Assembly: GCF_001194135.2 (NCBI RefSeq)
Contig: NC_068993.1
Span: 32,703,415 to 32,767,414, forward strand
Source: Octopus bimaculoides
Taxonomy: Eukaryota
Direction of reading: 5' to 3'
DNA length: 64,000 nt
The stretch's first letter is position 1, and each line of letters begins with the position of its first letter. The notes beneath the pieces are model-generated. The model was not told the origin of the DNA and ran no database searches. It worked only from the letters and a program-made list of their open reading frames with translations. Positions 10,531-23,871 of the stretch are shown here, in pieces. A program made the position numbers and the translations under genes.

Positions 10531-12100
10531 TTCTTTTTATTTACCACCAGGGCGAAGGATGAGGACAATACAAAGACATACATTAAGTATGGGGATGTAC
10601 ATATAATGAAATGAGAGAAAAATGATATGTATATATAAATGTACAGAAAGTATCCACAGTATACAATAAGATGGAGTAGGGAGGCATACATAGCATACAA
10701 TAGTAAAAATAAGATAAAAAAATAAAGGGGAGATGATGACAATGATGTGGCCCTCCTGACACAGGAGAACCTCTAGGAATAATGGAGGAACCCCACCATC
10801 CATAATCTCCCTGAACACGAAGGACAATTACACTCTCAAATTCCTGTTCTCCAACTCACAGGTCTATATTTAGTGTGGTACCATCCACTCTTGCCATTTT
10901 TGCAACTTTCATCCACTTTCCAATAAATTCACTTGAGAACAGCACCTTCCTCACCACCCTCACTTTCCCTTTCAAGTGAAACTTGAAAAGTCAATAAGTT
11001 CCAAAGTGGAAAGTCTCTGTTCTCATGCCTTTCAGCCTTATCCACCAGACAACCCTGCTTGCCACTGCCACCAGGCAGGAAAACTGCCTTACCTGCCTGG
11101 TTAGAGGAAATCAGTGGAGCAATCCTCACTATAAACTCAACCAACAAATGGATCCATCCCCCACACAACAGCAGCTGTTTGACATAACTGCACAGGTCAG
11201 CAATGCCCGAACATTGAATGAGAGCATGCAAAACAGTTTCGTTGCTCTGTACACACCTCAGACAAGCCCATCTGACAGCACATCCATGCCTATAGAGTTT
11301 ATCTCAAACAGGAAGTACCCTTCAGTAGCACTACCAGGTCAAGGACAGCTGGAAATTGTTCATAGTAGTTCATGACAGCAAAGTCCTTCGGAACAGACTA
11401 GCCAATTTGTTTTTATCAATGCCCAGAGTCTCCCCGAGTACATCTTTGCACGTCCCCACCAATAATCTTCTATATATTGCCAATGTAGAACTTCCACCAA
11501 TCCTATTGCCCAACTGGTAGAGGGTTGTGAGCACATGACAACATTCTAGGTGCCAGACGCCCAATCTCAGTCTTTTCCTTACCCAGGGCTGCAGCTCCGT
11601 CGAAATGAGCTGCAGAAAGTCGTACCCCACAAATGGAGCACACTCACTGTCCAGAAATCATTGCAAGTGGCACAACCTCAGTGTGTGTTTTCACATCAGA
11701 AGCCACAGCATGCCTAAGCCACCAAGCAGAGGGTGCTGGCAGCAGACTGACCACCTGACCATTGGAACATGTCCCTTCCACAAGAAAATAAATAAGAGAT
11801 GCTCCAGCCTGGTCAAGTATAACCAGGGTAGGGCACGATAGTCAGGTAATAACTGATAATGAAGGCAATGTGGTCATTTTCCACCTCTGTCTGACCTTTC
11901 AGGGACAGCTTCCTCTCTGCCCATTTCTGGGTAAGACTGGCCACCTTATTCATCACCTTATCCACTTGGAGGCAGGGATTGAACCAGACCCTGAGCAGTT
12001 AAACTGGCCCATCAGTCCAACATCCCAAGATGCCATCCAACAGCATCGACCTGCCAGGTGCTCAGCCACAAACCCACTGACTTGTCGGCATTGATATTGG
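10531..12100 (-). mobile_element. Tx1/L1-like LINE 3' fragment
   Basis: Minus strand LPV*DKLYRHG...CLRC...ETVLHALIQC (C-terminal CCHC region), 3' UTR, AATAAA and an (ATT)n tail. Frameshifted. Confidence 0.7.
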
Positions 12101-12299
12101 CCCCTGCAACGGACTCATATTCCTTTAGAATAATGCCAACCATCTCCACAATGGTGGCATTCTATCAATTCTACCATGATGATCAGTGGTAGTGGTTTTG
12201 GTAATGGTAGTGTTGGTTGTGGTCGTGATTTCTCTCATTTGCCTGAAGCCATATTACATATTTACATAGATTTAATTCAGATTGTAGCATCAACCTAAA

Positions 12300-12460
12300 A
12301 TATTGGTTTCAAATTTTGGTACAAGACCAGCAGGTTTGACGGAGGGGGTAAGTCAATTACATCAATCCCAGTGCTCAACTGGTACTATTTTATCGACCCC
12401 ATCAGGACTAAAGGCAAAGTCGACCACGGCGGAATTTGAACTCAGAACATGAGGACAGAT
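12300..12460 (-). mobile_element. Family A SINE
   Basis: Reverse complement of gttctgagttcaaattccgcc.tggtcgactttgccttt...ccttgt.ccaaaatttgaaacc. Confidence 0.75.
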
Positions 12461-13159
12461 GAGAGCTGCTGACAGACAGTTATATCTACTCTCATACAAC
12501 AATCTTCACTTCCACATCTCATCTCAGATAAAATTTCTTGCCAAGCAGGAACAATAACAAAAGAGGCATTCCGAACAAAAGACCCAGATAAACCCTGACC
12601 AAGCAGACCTAAGATCAATGCAGTTCTATGACCATCTCATCTTTCTATATATTAATGACTATACTGTTCAATATATCCTTCCTTTTTGTCAAGACTGCAG
12701 AATGCGATTTGATCGCGATTTCGTTGCTTTTCTCGCAGGTTCAGAACTGCATGGAGGCTCCCACTTCATTAGATCGATCCTGACATTTATTGATACATTG
12801 GTATTAAGAATTAAAAAAAAGATTTTAAATAAATATAAATACAGTAACCAACAAAATATGAATATTGCGTGAAATACCTAATGGATAAAATTTGATAAAC
12901 ATTGTCTGTTAGACAAGTAAGTCCCAATCAGTGTTCCCCGATGATGATGCCTCCACACACACACAGATAGATGCAACTGGATAAAACATAAAATAAAAAG
13001 ATGCCCAAGAAAATGCATTTTCTTTTTTCAATATGTAATTTAAAGAGGGGCAAAAACAACATCAAGAATACAAAATATTATGACACATGTTGCTTAGCAT
13101 CAAGTAAATCCTAAGCAGATCAATGATCAATGGTATTCCTGCCGTGACTTATACAGTCT

Positions 13160-13790
13160 GTTTTTTAGAGTGTATCTAGACCACACAATCCTACATGACC
13201 CCTTCTATAAGACAAGATATGATTTGAAAGAGATTTGATTATAATTTCTAGTAGCTTAAAGTTACCAAATACATCAGATTCTCGATCCCTTTTCCTCCCA
13301 CACCACACTTCAGTTTTCAAAAAAAAGCGTCCTAAAGTTAGTGCGTGTGTGTGTACCTGACTCCAAGGATTGTGCCCATGTTGGAGCACCACCACTAAAA
13401 CTGGAGCGTTCAACAGTTATACAATTCATTGTTCCCATATTTATCAGGCCCTCCCTTAAAACATTAAAACGCTATTCTCTCTAATGCCACCGTGTGCACT
13501 ACATCAGTTTCACAACGTGGAGTATACACCGCCAGCATTGCCGAAACGATCTCAACATTAAGTTCACAACTCATCCGAGGCTGAGACCCAGTGCCATATA
13601 CCTCCTACAAAATCCAGGCTCACCACATTGCAACACAGTTACCTTTCCTAAACAGGCTTTATCAAATTAAATATTATCCTAAAATAAATCAAAAAATCCC
13701 ATCACCTTCGAACGATGCCTGGACAAATTTCTTCAAGGGATACCAGACAAGCCACCTACATCTCAGTCAACAACTACCAACTTGAATGAG
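13160..13790 (-). mobile_element. Degraded LINE 3' fragment (possibly Tx1/L1-like)
   Basis: Weak PRCE...H remnant on the minus strand; composition like the element at 10531-12100. Heavily decayed. Confidence 0.3.
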
Positions 13791-15485
13791 CTATGATACC
13801 ACAAAACTTGACTTTAAAATGACTTAATAGATTCCATCAGGTGATGCTATTAAGTTAAACGTGGCCTGGGCCAATTTGACCGAAACATATCAAAATGTAT
13901 AAATGTATGTATATATATCGAGCAAGTGTTATTCACTTGCAACATATGCCCCACCAAAATACCGTCAGAGCCCCCAGGTAGGGCGCCCCGTCATAAGAAA
14001 CATTGATAGAGATGTTACTTCATTGTCTAGTCACGACACATTTAAAATGAAGCTAAAACTCATATCAAAAGTTGGCGCGCTCATTTGTAAAATAAATTGT
14101 TGTTTTGAGATTTCGAAACAAGACACCGTTGACTTCAAAAATTCAACAGGTAAAAACTTTAAGAAGGTTGGATCCAAAACAAATTACTAATCACCACTGC
14201 AACCACGACCATCATCGTAATAAGAAAACAAGGTAACTGATTAGTCTCTATATCAATCTAGAGCAAACTACGGCCCGCAGGACTTTCTGAATGTTGCACC
14301 TAATGAAAAATTATTTTGAAATTTTCGTAGTGTTGCTGCCTGATGATGAACCACATTTCGTGCGAGCCGCTTCTCGAGAAAGGTTGCCCATGCCTGCTCT
14401 ATGTAGCTAGACCTGCTAGAAATAGCACCCAAACTCTCGAACCATTATTAATGTCTTTAAAAAAGGAGGCGGGAGGTGTACTCCTGATTTACACAATGCA
14501 TAAAAATAAGACGGGATCATAACAATTGTATTGTCTTTAATCATAGGTCTACTGGCTTAGGGTTGGCCTGGGGCCGAAGTACATGGACAATCAATTTGCC
14601 AAAAATAGCTACCAAGTCTTCCTACCAATCCACAACCTGACGTTTTAAAGCGAAGGACATGGGACATATTATATAATACTGGGCACATTGACATAAACAA
14701 AAGCAAAAAGCTATAATGGTCTACAGGATCGGGTCTGACTCGTGGCTAAACAAGTGTACAGTAGTTTCACTAAGTTTAGTTAATGATTTGGCAAAAGTTT
14801 AGATTAAAGAATTAAGAGAAGTACATTTAGATAAACAATCCAAGTATGTGTGAGTATATATATATATCGTCTCTGGTGGAAATGTATTTAATAGCACTGG
14901 TTTGTCATATATATATATGTGCATATATATATATATATATATATATTTGATGTTGGAAATGATTTTAAATAATAAAAAAAAAAGTTATGTTATGACAAAA
15001 AGAACGATGGGGAAACAACAATAAACAGAGAAACATCAGCTGGAAGAAACGTTTTCTCCTCAGAAATCAATCTAAACTCGTAAGTTGAGAGAGTATAAAA
15101 CATAAATGGTAAGTAATTGATAAATTAGGGTTTGATGGAATTAAATAAAAGTAGTTAAGGCAAATACAGTTGGCGAGTGAAGTGGAATAAAGGGCAAAGC
15201 ATGAAGAATTCTGTGTTTATAAATGGAACAACGATGAGTGATGTGAAACATCATCAATATTATTGTTTTAGTGAGCTCTGAGAGAGATTGAAGAAGAATA
15301 GTTAAGTTAGGGGTGAATCAGTTTCAGAGGATTATTATGGAGCGAAGAAATAAAATCTGTTGTTGTTTGTGTGTCTTGTATTTGTTTGTTAATTGTTATG
15401 GGCTTTACTTTTAAAATTGCGAGGAAAAAATTATTGAGAAAAAGAAGTTGAAAGCAGAGAAAACAGAGCCAGAATGAATGCTCAC

Positions 15486-15560
15486 CGTCAAATGACTTAG
15501 CTTTTATAACACTAACCAGATCGGTGTGTGGAAGGATACCTTGCACCCAGCATGCATCAG
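15486..15560 (-). other. Candidate non-coding first exon of TAF1
   Basis: Minus-strand donor GTGAG (plus ctcac 15481-15485) next to a promoter-motif cluster and followed by a minus-strand T-rich, intron-like tract. The TSS is not determinable from sequence. Confidence 0.35.
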
Positions 15561-15564
15561 TTAA

Positions 15565-15616
15565 TCACGTGACCAAATCCGTCCAATCATATCATTCGTA
15601 ATCGGTCGACGGAAGT
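15565..15616. promoter_or_regulatory. Promoter motif cluster (E-box TCACGTGAC, CCAAT box, ETS site ACGGAAGT)
   Basis: TCACGTGAC 15565-15573, CCAAT 15583-15587 and ACGGAAGT 15609-15616 within 52 bp, locally CpG-enriched, at the point where A/T strand skew flips between the divergent genes. Confidence 0.5.
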
Positions 15617-16779
15617 TTAGTTTCTCTACTAAATAAAAATTTTTTTGTACTGGTTCTTCCTCAGCGTTATTATTTTTATTACAGCTTTCTTTAACGTATT
15701 TTGTTATTTAATTCTTTTCTTCATCATTAGCTGAGTATACCTAAGATCAAAGAATATCCAGTCGTAACCATCCACCCCATCTATAAACAGATATCCAGGG
15801 CTGGTGCTTCTAGCAGGTTGAGCGACCACATACGAGCTCCCTCATTGGTTGATATACATATATTATTCAGTCCCAGTTGGTCTATGGTCAACCCGGTCTT
15901 TCCGTAACCATTATAGAAGTATATCTAAGACTACATTGTCTTTTACTTTTCTTTAACATTAGGGTATGATTTTGGCTGCTATTTTTAGCAGGTAGTTCAA
16001 ATGTACATGGGCAACCACTGTCAAATCCCATCGAACAGTCCTTCGATATAAGGCGTTCTAGCTGTAATCATCATCCCATCTTGTTTTTATTTTTATCATC
16101 GTAGGATCTTTCTCGTTTTCTTGCAACCACTTGAAGATTTGTTCAAATCACAATGGATGCAGGACCACATTATTTAATGTGGTCCATTTAAAAAATATAA
16201 TGCTAGAATTGGAAGAATTTTAGCTGCTATTTCTAGCAAGTCTTGCGACTAGGTAGTTTCTTCGCCGTTGATTTTTGACTCGTAAAATGTTTATTGATGA
16301 CCGATTTGTTCGTTTTTTCTGTTGAGCGGTGCGTTCTATGATGTATATTTCATTCTTGCATTGTTAACATAAATCACATTCTATTTCTATTCACTACACA
16401 TAGATATTAAAGCCCTCCCTCACTTTCATACTCCCAATACAGATAATTTAAACTTCTGTCGTTATTATTTACATTTGTGATATTCATTACAATGTACAAA
16501 ATTAAAAAGCAAAAACGGTTTAAAGTAAACACTTATTGCATTCAATTTATGTGATTGTTAAATTTGTTTTTCAAACACATGGTTCAGAGTTCGGTCCCAC
16601 TTTGCGACACCTGTGACAAGTATCTTCTACTATATTGTTGAGTTAATCAATAAATTCCTTGAGGGTGGAATTTTGCAAACTAAACCTCACTGTGTGTAAA
16701 TATGTGTACGCGTGTCATGTAGTGCGATTTGAAACGACAAAAATAAACCTATTTAGAACTCTGTATATCCAAAGGAAAA

Positions 16780-17219
16780 CTGTGAAGAGTAATGTTATAG
16801 GTTGAATTTCATTTGATTAAAATCTACGATCGTGTAGGTCTCGAAGTATATAAAGTAAAGCAGGACAGTTTGCTTACATAATAGTTATATAAGCTCTCGT
16901 TTTCTTTTGCTTTATATATATATAATGTGTGTAGGGAGGGAGAACGGTTATGTGATGAGGTGACACTTATGCTTTTCTGCACGTTCAAGCTGTGAGGAGG
17001 AGTGTTGTTATAGTCTGAGTTTCATTTGATTAAAATTTACAATCGTGTAGACCGCAAAATATATACAGAAAGCAAAGCAGGACAGTTTTTTGACATAATT
17101 ATATAAGCAAGCTATCGTTTTCTTTTGCTTCGTATATTTAAACACATACACACAATGTGTGGAGGGAGGGAGAGAGGGGTTATGTGATGAGGTGACACTT
17201 ATGCTTTTCCGGACGTTCA
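16780..17219. repeat. Diverged direct tandem duplication, about 210-230 bp unit
   Basis: Units start at 16780 and 16990 and share tttcatttgattaaaat, aaagcaggacagttt and an identical 29-mer tatgtgatgaggtgacacttatgcttttc. Confidence 0.85.
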
Positions 17220-17355
17220 TCACTGATGAAAAAATAAAAGTTAAATGTTTTAATGTTAGCAATAAAGACTACTAGAGTTACGTCCCTTGCAGACTGGCGA
17301 CCTTCAGTGGTTCAGTGTGAAAGTAAGCAGAATTGATTCCCTCCACTGAGATGCG

Positions 17356-17549
17356 ATGGCCTTCATTCACCGCACTGTTTTTAACATAACACTCCTACAT
17401 TGGGCTAGACAACGGCCCCAATGTTACCATAGATTTTATGCTTCCCTCACCAAAAACCAGAAAGAACATTTAGCAAGCGGTCCGGATTTAGCTGATTTCA
17501 TCTTAGATAACGAGCCTCAAAAGAATGTCCACAGGAAAAAAGGTGAAAG
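17356..17549 (+). CDS. LIAS: Lipoyl synthase coding exon 1 (mitochondrial presequence)
   Basis: ATG in gcgATGg context. Arg-rich, acid-free N-terminus, then GPDLADF...KKGE(R) as in LIAS. GT donor at 17550. Phase 2 joins exon 2 in frame. Confidence 0.88.
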
Positions 17550-19489
17550 GTAATCGCTATCCACTTTTATTTACCGATTAATTCCTGTTAAGAATATTGG
17601 TCCCACAGTCCTATGTATAGCTATAGGAACATGGATAAGTTGCTGTAAAACTACTCAGTTATTTGATAGAAATACTCAAGAGTTCAGAGATACCTTTGTT
17701 GTTTATATTTTGCTTATATAAAGAAGGTTTTGATGTGAAACGAGATCGTGTACGACATCGTAAATAATGAAATATGTCATCTTTATCTACGGTCAATCAC
17801 CTACACAAATCACATTTTGCTTTATATAACTTGTGTACATATTACATAACTGCGATATGTTTTAAATGCCAAAACTAATAATGGCATTGTTCTGTTTTTA
17901 TGTATTTATGGGTTGTGTAAAATCCGCAAAACATTCTTGAAGTTTAAATTAGACAGTATAAATACTGCCTTACGCATTTTATGAAATTCATAAAAGCACT
18001 GTCTCTGTTGTATCGTCGTCAACTAAACTCGAACAGATACGTTGAAAATAACGCATCTGATGCATAAACATCGATTCTCTTTTCTGCTTGAAAATTTGCC
18101 GATTTTACATACACACATGAAGCAAGTAAGAACAAATATGCAAGGCTTTTTTTCTTCAGGTTATATCTATTTTACACAACCCATAAAAACAGAATAGGCC
18201 CACACAACCCATTAGCTTTCTTCCCTTCCTCCCATTTCGGCAACTGTCATTTGGCACGGAAATACCCTAAGTCGTCGAGTTATATCGAAAGAATGCCATA
18301 ATAATAATGTTCTAAGGTATCCCCTAAAAGATTTTCAACGGAAGTGACTGACCATTTGGTCCTATATTACTTCACGATGAGAAGTCCACTGTGGACTCTT
18401 ATTTGAACCACAGGGTCAATACAGGATCTAATATTAAGTTTAATTAATGAATGAATTATAAAAGGAGTTATATAATCGCCTTCATTAGTTTGCAGCTGTT
18501 TCGGCTGTAAGGAACCGTGCACCCAGAGTTTAAGGCCAGCGCTCTAAGCTGAAGAACCTAATTACGTAACCCTTATTCCTTTCTGAATCGTTTATTAATT
18601 GATTCATTCATTAATTGATGGATAGACAGAGTGAGAGAGAGACTTGCACGTGTTGAATTAGCAAGTAGTAGTGTAATTGGGAACGCATCTTCTTGACAAG
18701 CAATAAATTCGAGGTTCGATTCCCTTCAGTGAGCCTGATTCTTATTCCTAGAATCATAGATTGACAGAATCGGTTAAATGATGGACGAAGTACCTTGCGG
18801 TATTTAGTTGTATAACTACTTAGTAAATTTTGGGAAGTACACCTGCGTGATTTTCACTAAGAAAAAAAAAAACTCTGATTTTTTGCATGGAATCAAATAC
18901 CCTGACCTCCAAATACCCCACCCCACCCCGCTATCCCGGAATCATTAAAATTGTTTTTGTTTTTTCGTTACGGTGACCTCCTAATGCCACAAACTCCCTT
19001 TTTTTTTTTGTCCGGAAAACGGGGTGTGGTGGGGTGGAACCCTCGGAAATTTAAATTCCGTCGAGGTCAACTTTGCCTTTCATCCTTTTGGGGACGATTC
19101 CTCTCTCTCTCTCTCTCTCATCTGTGAGTCACTTGTAGAAGAGTATGTCTAGGAGTATATAATGTAATATCATTTCCTTATTTAAGGGAAATGATAAACC
19201 CTTTTTTGTTGAACCATTCAGTTATGCAAACATTAAAAAGTAACTGCCCAAATTATCAAGCAGTAGGCATAGAAACACAACATTCACGCATGCATGCATA
19301 CATACATGCATGCATGCGTGATGGGTTTTTGCACAGTTTCCATTTACCAAATTCACTAGTAAGACTTCGGTCCAAGAAGAAATTTGACCAAGGTGCCATG
19401 CAGTAGTGCAATGGAACTGAACTTAAAAGCATGTTATTAGGAAGCAAACTTATTAACCACATAGCCATGCCTGATATATATATATATAT

Positions 19490-20255
19490 ATCACCATCAT
19501 TGTTTAACGTCCGTTTTCCATGCTAGCATGGGTTGGACGGTCCGACCAGGATTTGGGAAGCCAGGAGGCTGCACCAGGCTCCACTCTAATCTGGCAGTGT
19601 TTCTACAGCTGGATGCCTTTCCTAACGCCAACCACTGTGAGTGTAGTGGGTGCTTTTTACGTGCCACCAGCACAGGGGTCAGAGGAGGCTGACAACGGCT
19701 ACAATCAGTTGGTGCTTGACAGAAGCCACATTCGGATGGTACTTTTTACTTGCTACCGGCACAGTCATCATGACTACAATTTCCATTTGATTTTCATTTT
19801 GATGTTGATATACTTGGCTCAATAGGTCTCCTCAAGCACAGCATGTCACCCTACAATTCAAGGTACTTTTTGAATGGGCTGGGACTGGTTATGCGAAACT
19901 GGTGTAGGATACAGCCATGAACTCACTTTATTTGCTTGGTCTTCGCAGTCACAGCATATCTCCAGAGGTCTCGGCCTTTTGTCATTGCCTCTGTGAGACC
20001 CAACGGTCGAAGGTCTTGCTTGACCACCTCATCCCATATCTTCCTGGGTCTGCCTCTACCCCGGATTCCGTCAACTGTTTGGTAGTGGCACTTCTTCACA
20101 CATCTCTCCTCATCCATCCATAGTATATGACCACACCAGCACAAACGTCTCTCTTGCATGCCACATCCTATGCTTCTTATGTCCAACATTTCTCTCAGGG
20201 CGCTTACACTCTGTCGTGTGTGCACACTGACATTACACATCCAGCAGATCACGGG
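19490..20255 (-). mobile_element. RTE LINE, short 5'-truncated copy
   Basis: MICWMCNV...RRLCWCGHILWMDE...RGRGRPRKIW (RTE C-terminus), plus 3' UTR and tail. Confidence 0.85.
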
Positions 20256-22610
20256 AACCAGTTATGGGGTACTGGCATCAGCCACATTTGGATGGTGCTT
20301 TTTATGTGCCACCAATATGAGAACCAGTCAGGCAGACCTGGCATTGACCACATTTGGATGGTGCTTTTATGTGCCACTGGCATGGAAGCCAGTCAGGGGG
20401 CACTGGCCATAACTACAATATTGGTTTTACTCGATTCAACAGGTCTTCTCAAGTATATCATATCGCATGACACATCAGAGGTACTCTTAACTGGGCTGGA
20501 CATGCATAGCTGCGATCTCATTTTAGTTGCCAGATCTTCTTAATCACAGCATATCTCCAAAGGTCTCAGTCTCCTGTCATTGTCTCTGTGAGGTCCACTG
20601 TTTGAAGGTCATGCTTCACCACCTCATCCCATGTCTTCCTGGGTCTACCTCTTCCACAGGTTCCTTCCACAGTTAGGGAGTGGCACTTCCTCACGTAGCT
20701 GTCCTCATCCATATGTAACACATGACCATACCAGCACAGTTGTCTCTCTTGCACACCACATTTGATGCTTCTTATGCCCAACTTTTCTCTCAGAGCACTT
20801 ACACTCTGTCATGTATGCACACTGACATTACACATCCAGGTTCATACTAGCTTCATTTCTTTGAAGCCTATGCATGTCCTCAGCAGTTAATGGCCTGTGT
20901 TTCACTGCCATGTAGCATGGCAGTTCGCACACTTGCATCATACAGTCCACCTTTCATCCTGAGTGAGAGGCCCTTAGTTGCCAGCAGAGGTAGAAACTCC
21001 CTGAATTTTGCCCAGGCTATTCTTATTCTAACCGCTACACTCTCAGAGCAACTACCCCCACTATAGACTTGGTTGCCAAGGTAGTGGAAGCTATTAACTA
21101 TTTCTAGTTTCTCCCCCTTGCATGTGATAGAATCTGTTTTCTGTACATCTTCAGTGTTTGTTGCCCCTGTGCAAATGCCACACACAAACTATTTTCCCGG
21201 TTAACCTTCTTTTGATATTGCTACACCTTTTATGTGTCCATAGCTTACACCAGGTATATCGTATGGAGTTTTTACCCATGCCTTTTCTACAGATTGAGCA
21301 GGGCCATCTACCTGAAGGGGATTGTGGTTTGACAGCCTTCCTACTTACTGAGACTTTGATTTTTGCTAGGTTAACCCTAAGGCCCTTCGATTCTAGACCT
21401 TGCTTCACCCACTAAACTTTATCTCTAGTTCTGGCAGTGACTTGGCTATTAGGGCAAGGTCATCAGCATAGAAGAGCTCCCAGGCACAGCTTGTCTTGAA
21501 TTCTTCTGTTATTGCCTGGAGAACTATAATGAATAAGAGGGGGCTGAGGACTGATCCTTGACGAACCCCTACTTCTACTCGGAATTCTTCACTATACTCG
21601 TTGCCAGCCCTCACCTTACTGACAGCATCCATGTACAGCTCTTACCAACTACTCATCTATCCTCAGTTTCCACACTGACCACTAGATAAGAGTTCAGAGG
21701 ACCTTGTCAAAGGCTTTCTTCAAGTCAACAAAAGTCAAATACAGAGCTTTATCTTTGGCTAGATATTTCTCCTGCAGTTGCCTTACCAGAAATATAGCAT
21801 CAGTGTTGCTTCTGTCTGGCACAAAACCAAACTGCATCTCATCTAGGCTAACTCTCTCCCTAATTAGTTGGGCTATGACTCTCTGTAACTTTCATCACCT
21901 GATCCAATAATTTGATACCCCTATAGTTATTTCTGGTGCTGCTACACCAGTCATTGGGTATGATTCCTTCATGAACTACCTGATTTATGATGTGGGTGAC
22001 AAGACTATAACCCACACTGCCCGATATTTTAAGCATCTCAGCAGTGATTCCTGATGGACCAGGTACTTTCCCTGTTTTCATATCCTTAATTGCTTTCTCT
22101 ACCAGGGTACTGTTGGTTTGGGTAGCTGGTCCCTGAGTTGGATCAACTCTCCTCCTCCCATTCATTCTCCACGTTCAGCAGTCTTTCATAATGGCATCTC
22201 CAAGCCTCTTTCTTTGCAGGATCATTAAACGCAAGGGTACCATCATCCATGCAGACACATTTCTCTACTATGACATGACGGTTTTCTCTCACATACTGTC
22301 TTGCAATCCAAAATACTTCTGTTCTTTGGTCCTCACGTTGCTGAACATTGGCAAACTTCTTTTCTGCTACTCCCTTGGTTATATATACCTGTCTCTTAGC
22401 TTCCCTTTTGGCTGTCTGATACATTCTCCTGCTACCCCAACTCTTCCAGACCTTCCAAGCCTGTTTCTTTGCTCTAATGGCCCTGTCTATAGTATTGTTC
22501 CACCACCATGTTACCCTAGGTCTAGAAGGACTTTGCACCAGCCACAGATTTGGTCAGTGACACTTAGCAAGCTGTCTCACAGGAATTCCCTGCTGCCTTC
22601 TATGTCACAG
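20256..22610 (-). mobile_element. RTE LINE, longer 5'-truncated, frameshifted copy
   Basis: TWWWN, GKVPGPSGI, NYRGIKLL, GV.QGSVLSPLLF, LFYADDL, FHYLG and GRPRKTW motifs spread over successive minus-strand ORFs. Confidence 0.9.
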
Positions 22611-22649
22611 GAAATATAGAAAAAAAGAAGTTGAAAATGCACTGGGAAT

Positions 22650-23590
22650 CTTTTAGATGGTTTATTTTTAAAGGATTGACCAGTTCAAAGAATTTTTCTG
22701 ATTTTCAAAAGTTAAGTGAGATAGAAAACATGGGGCTATACTGCAACTGTCTTGCTTTTATAGAGAGAACATGGCTCAAATTAGTATCTGTTTAGGATAT
22801 AATCTGTATGACAAGGTAATCACATGATTAGGCTTAGGAATTTTTGTAAGTATGTGACAATGGTGTTTGTGCTGAAAATTAATGCTGGCACAGTTGATTG
22901 AATATGTTTAGTGTCAGTCCCAAACAATCTAAGCTCTCTAAATTTAATCCATCGAGTGGTTGAGTGGACAAGAGTTGTTTTTATGCAGTCCAGTAGCTGA
23001 ATGGGAAAAACAAAACCAACATATACGACAGGTATGTAAAAAATTTCTGTTTTTGAAAAATAGTTAAAAGTTTAGTGACCCCCACCTAGAACCTTCCCTG
23101 CGTAATGAAAAATCTTCATGCCAAATTTGGTACAGATTGATTCAGTGGTTTGGCTGTGAAGAACAATAGGCCGTGTGGCTAGGGGAAAATTGTAGATTCA
23201 ATTTCGAATCTAAAGTAGAAATAGTCACATCAGATTTAAACATGAAATATCGAGGGTACTGTAGCTGATTTTATTAGGTCCATTCCACGAACAATTATTT
23301 GAATAACTCATGTCGACATCTCTAACTTATGTCACGGGAATATTGAACTTCAAAATTTATAAAGTTTATTGTATAAATTGAAAGATATCCTGCAGTGTGT
23401 CCATATGAAGACCCTTTCATTATTTAGAAACCTTACTGTTCTTTTTTCTTTAAACCTCTTGTTTCATTATCACAATTAAAAAGCATTTCATAATCGTTTA
23501 CCTTTAAAGCACAAAAACAAAACTGATGTAATTTCCAAACAGCCAAGCTTGATCCAGCAGTTTGGCCATGCATATAGGAAACACATACAT

Positions 23591-23625
<35 letters not shown>

Positions 23626-23871
23626 GAACACAATGAAAGTGAAACTATAGCATTATGTATAAGTGAAACTACTATACCACTGAAAAAAATCGGAAGGGTC
23701 ATATGGGGAGGGCTACAGCCCCTATGTGAGCAAAGGCCAAAATTTGACCTCCCCTACAAACTTCCCTGAGTAATGAAAAACCTTCATGCCAAATTTGGTA
23801 CAGATTGATCCAGTGGTTTGGCCGTGCATAGAGGTAACACACACACACACACAAACACAGGATTTTATATA
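22650..23871. mobile_element. Non-autonomous rolling-circle-type (Helentron/HINE-like) repeats
   Basis: Repeated aaatttggtacagattgat.cagtggtttggc block (about 23130 and 23795), CA microsatellite, and a ttttatat|atagat tail split by the mariner at 23872. Confidence 0.4.

Noticed and set aside
11025-12094. Plus-strand ORFs as a novel gene
   Set aside because: They are the antisense of a degraded Tx1/L1-like ORF2, whose motifs are on the minus strand.
17184-17226. C/D-box snoRNA (GTGATGA...CTGA)
   Set aside because: The boxes are only about 40 nt apart and the duplicate unit lacks the D box.
18480-18570. Additional hammerhead motif
   Set aside because: CTGAAGA and the GAAA-palindrome part fall on opposite strands; no complete core on either strand.
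18660-18735. tRNA gene (A-box/B-box-like, possible GAC anticodon)
   Set aside because: The acceptor and anticodon stems do not pair; more likely a decayed SINE head or pseudogene.
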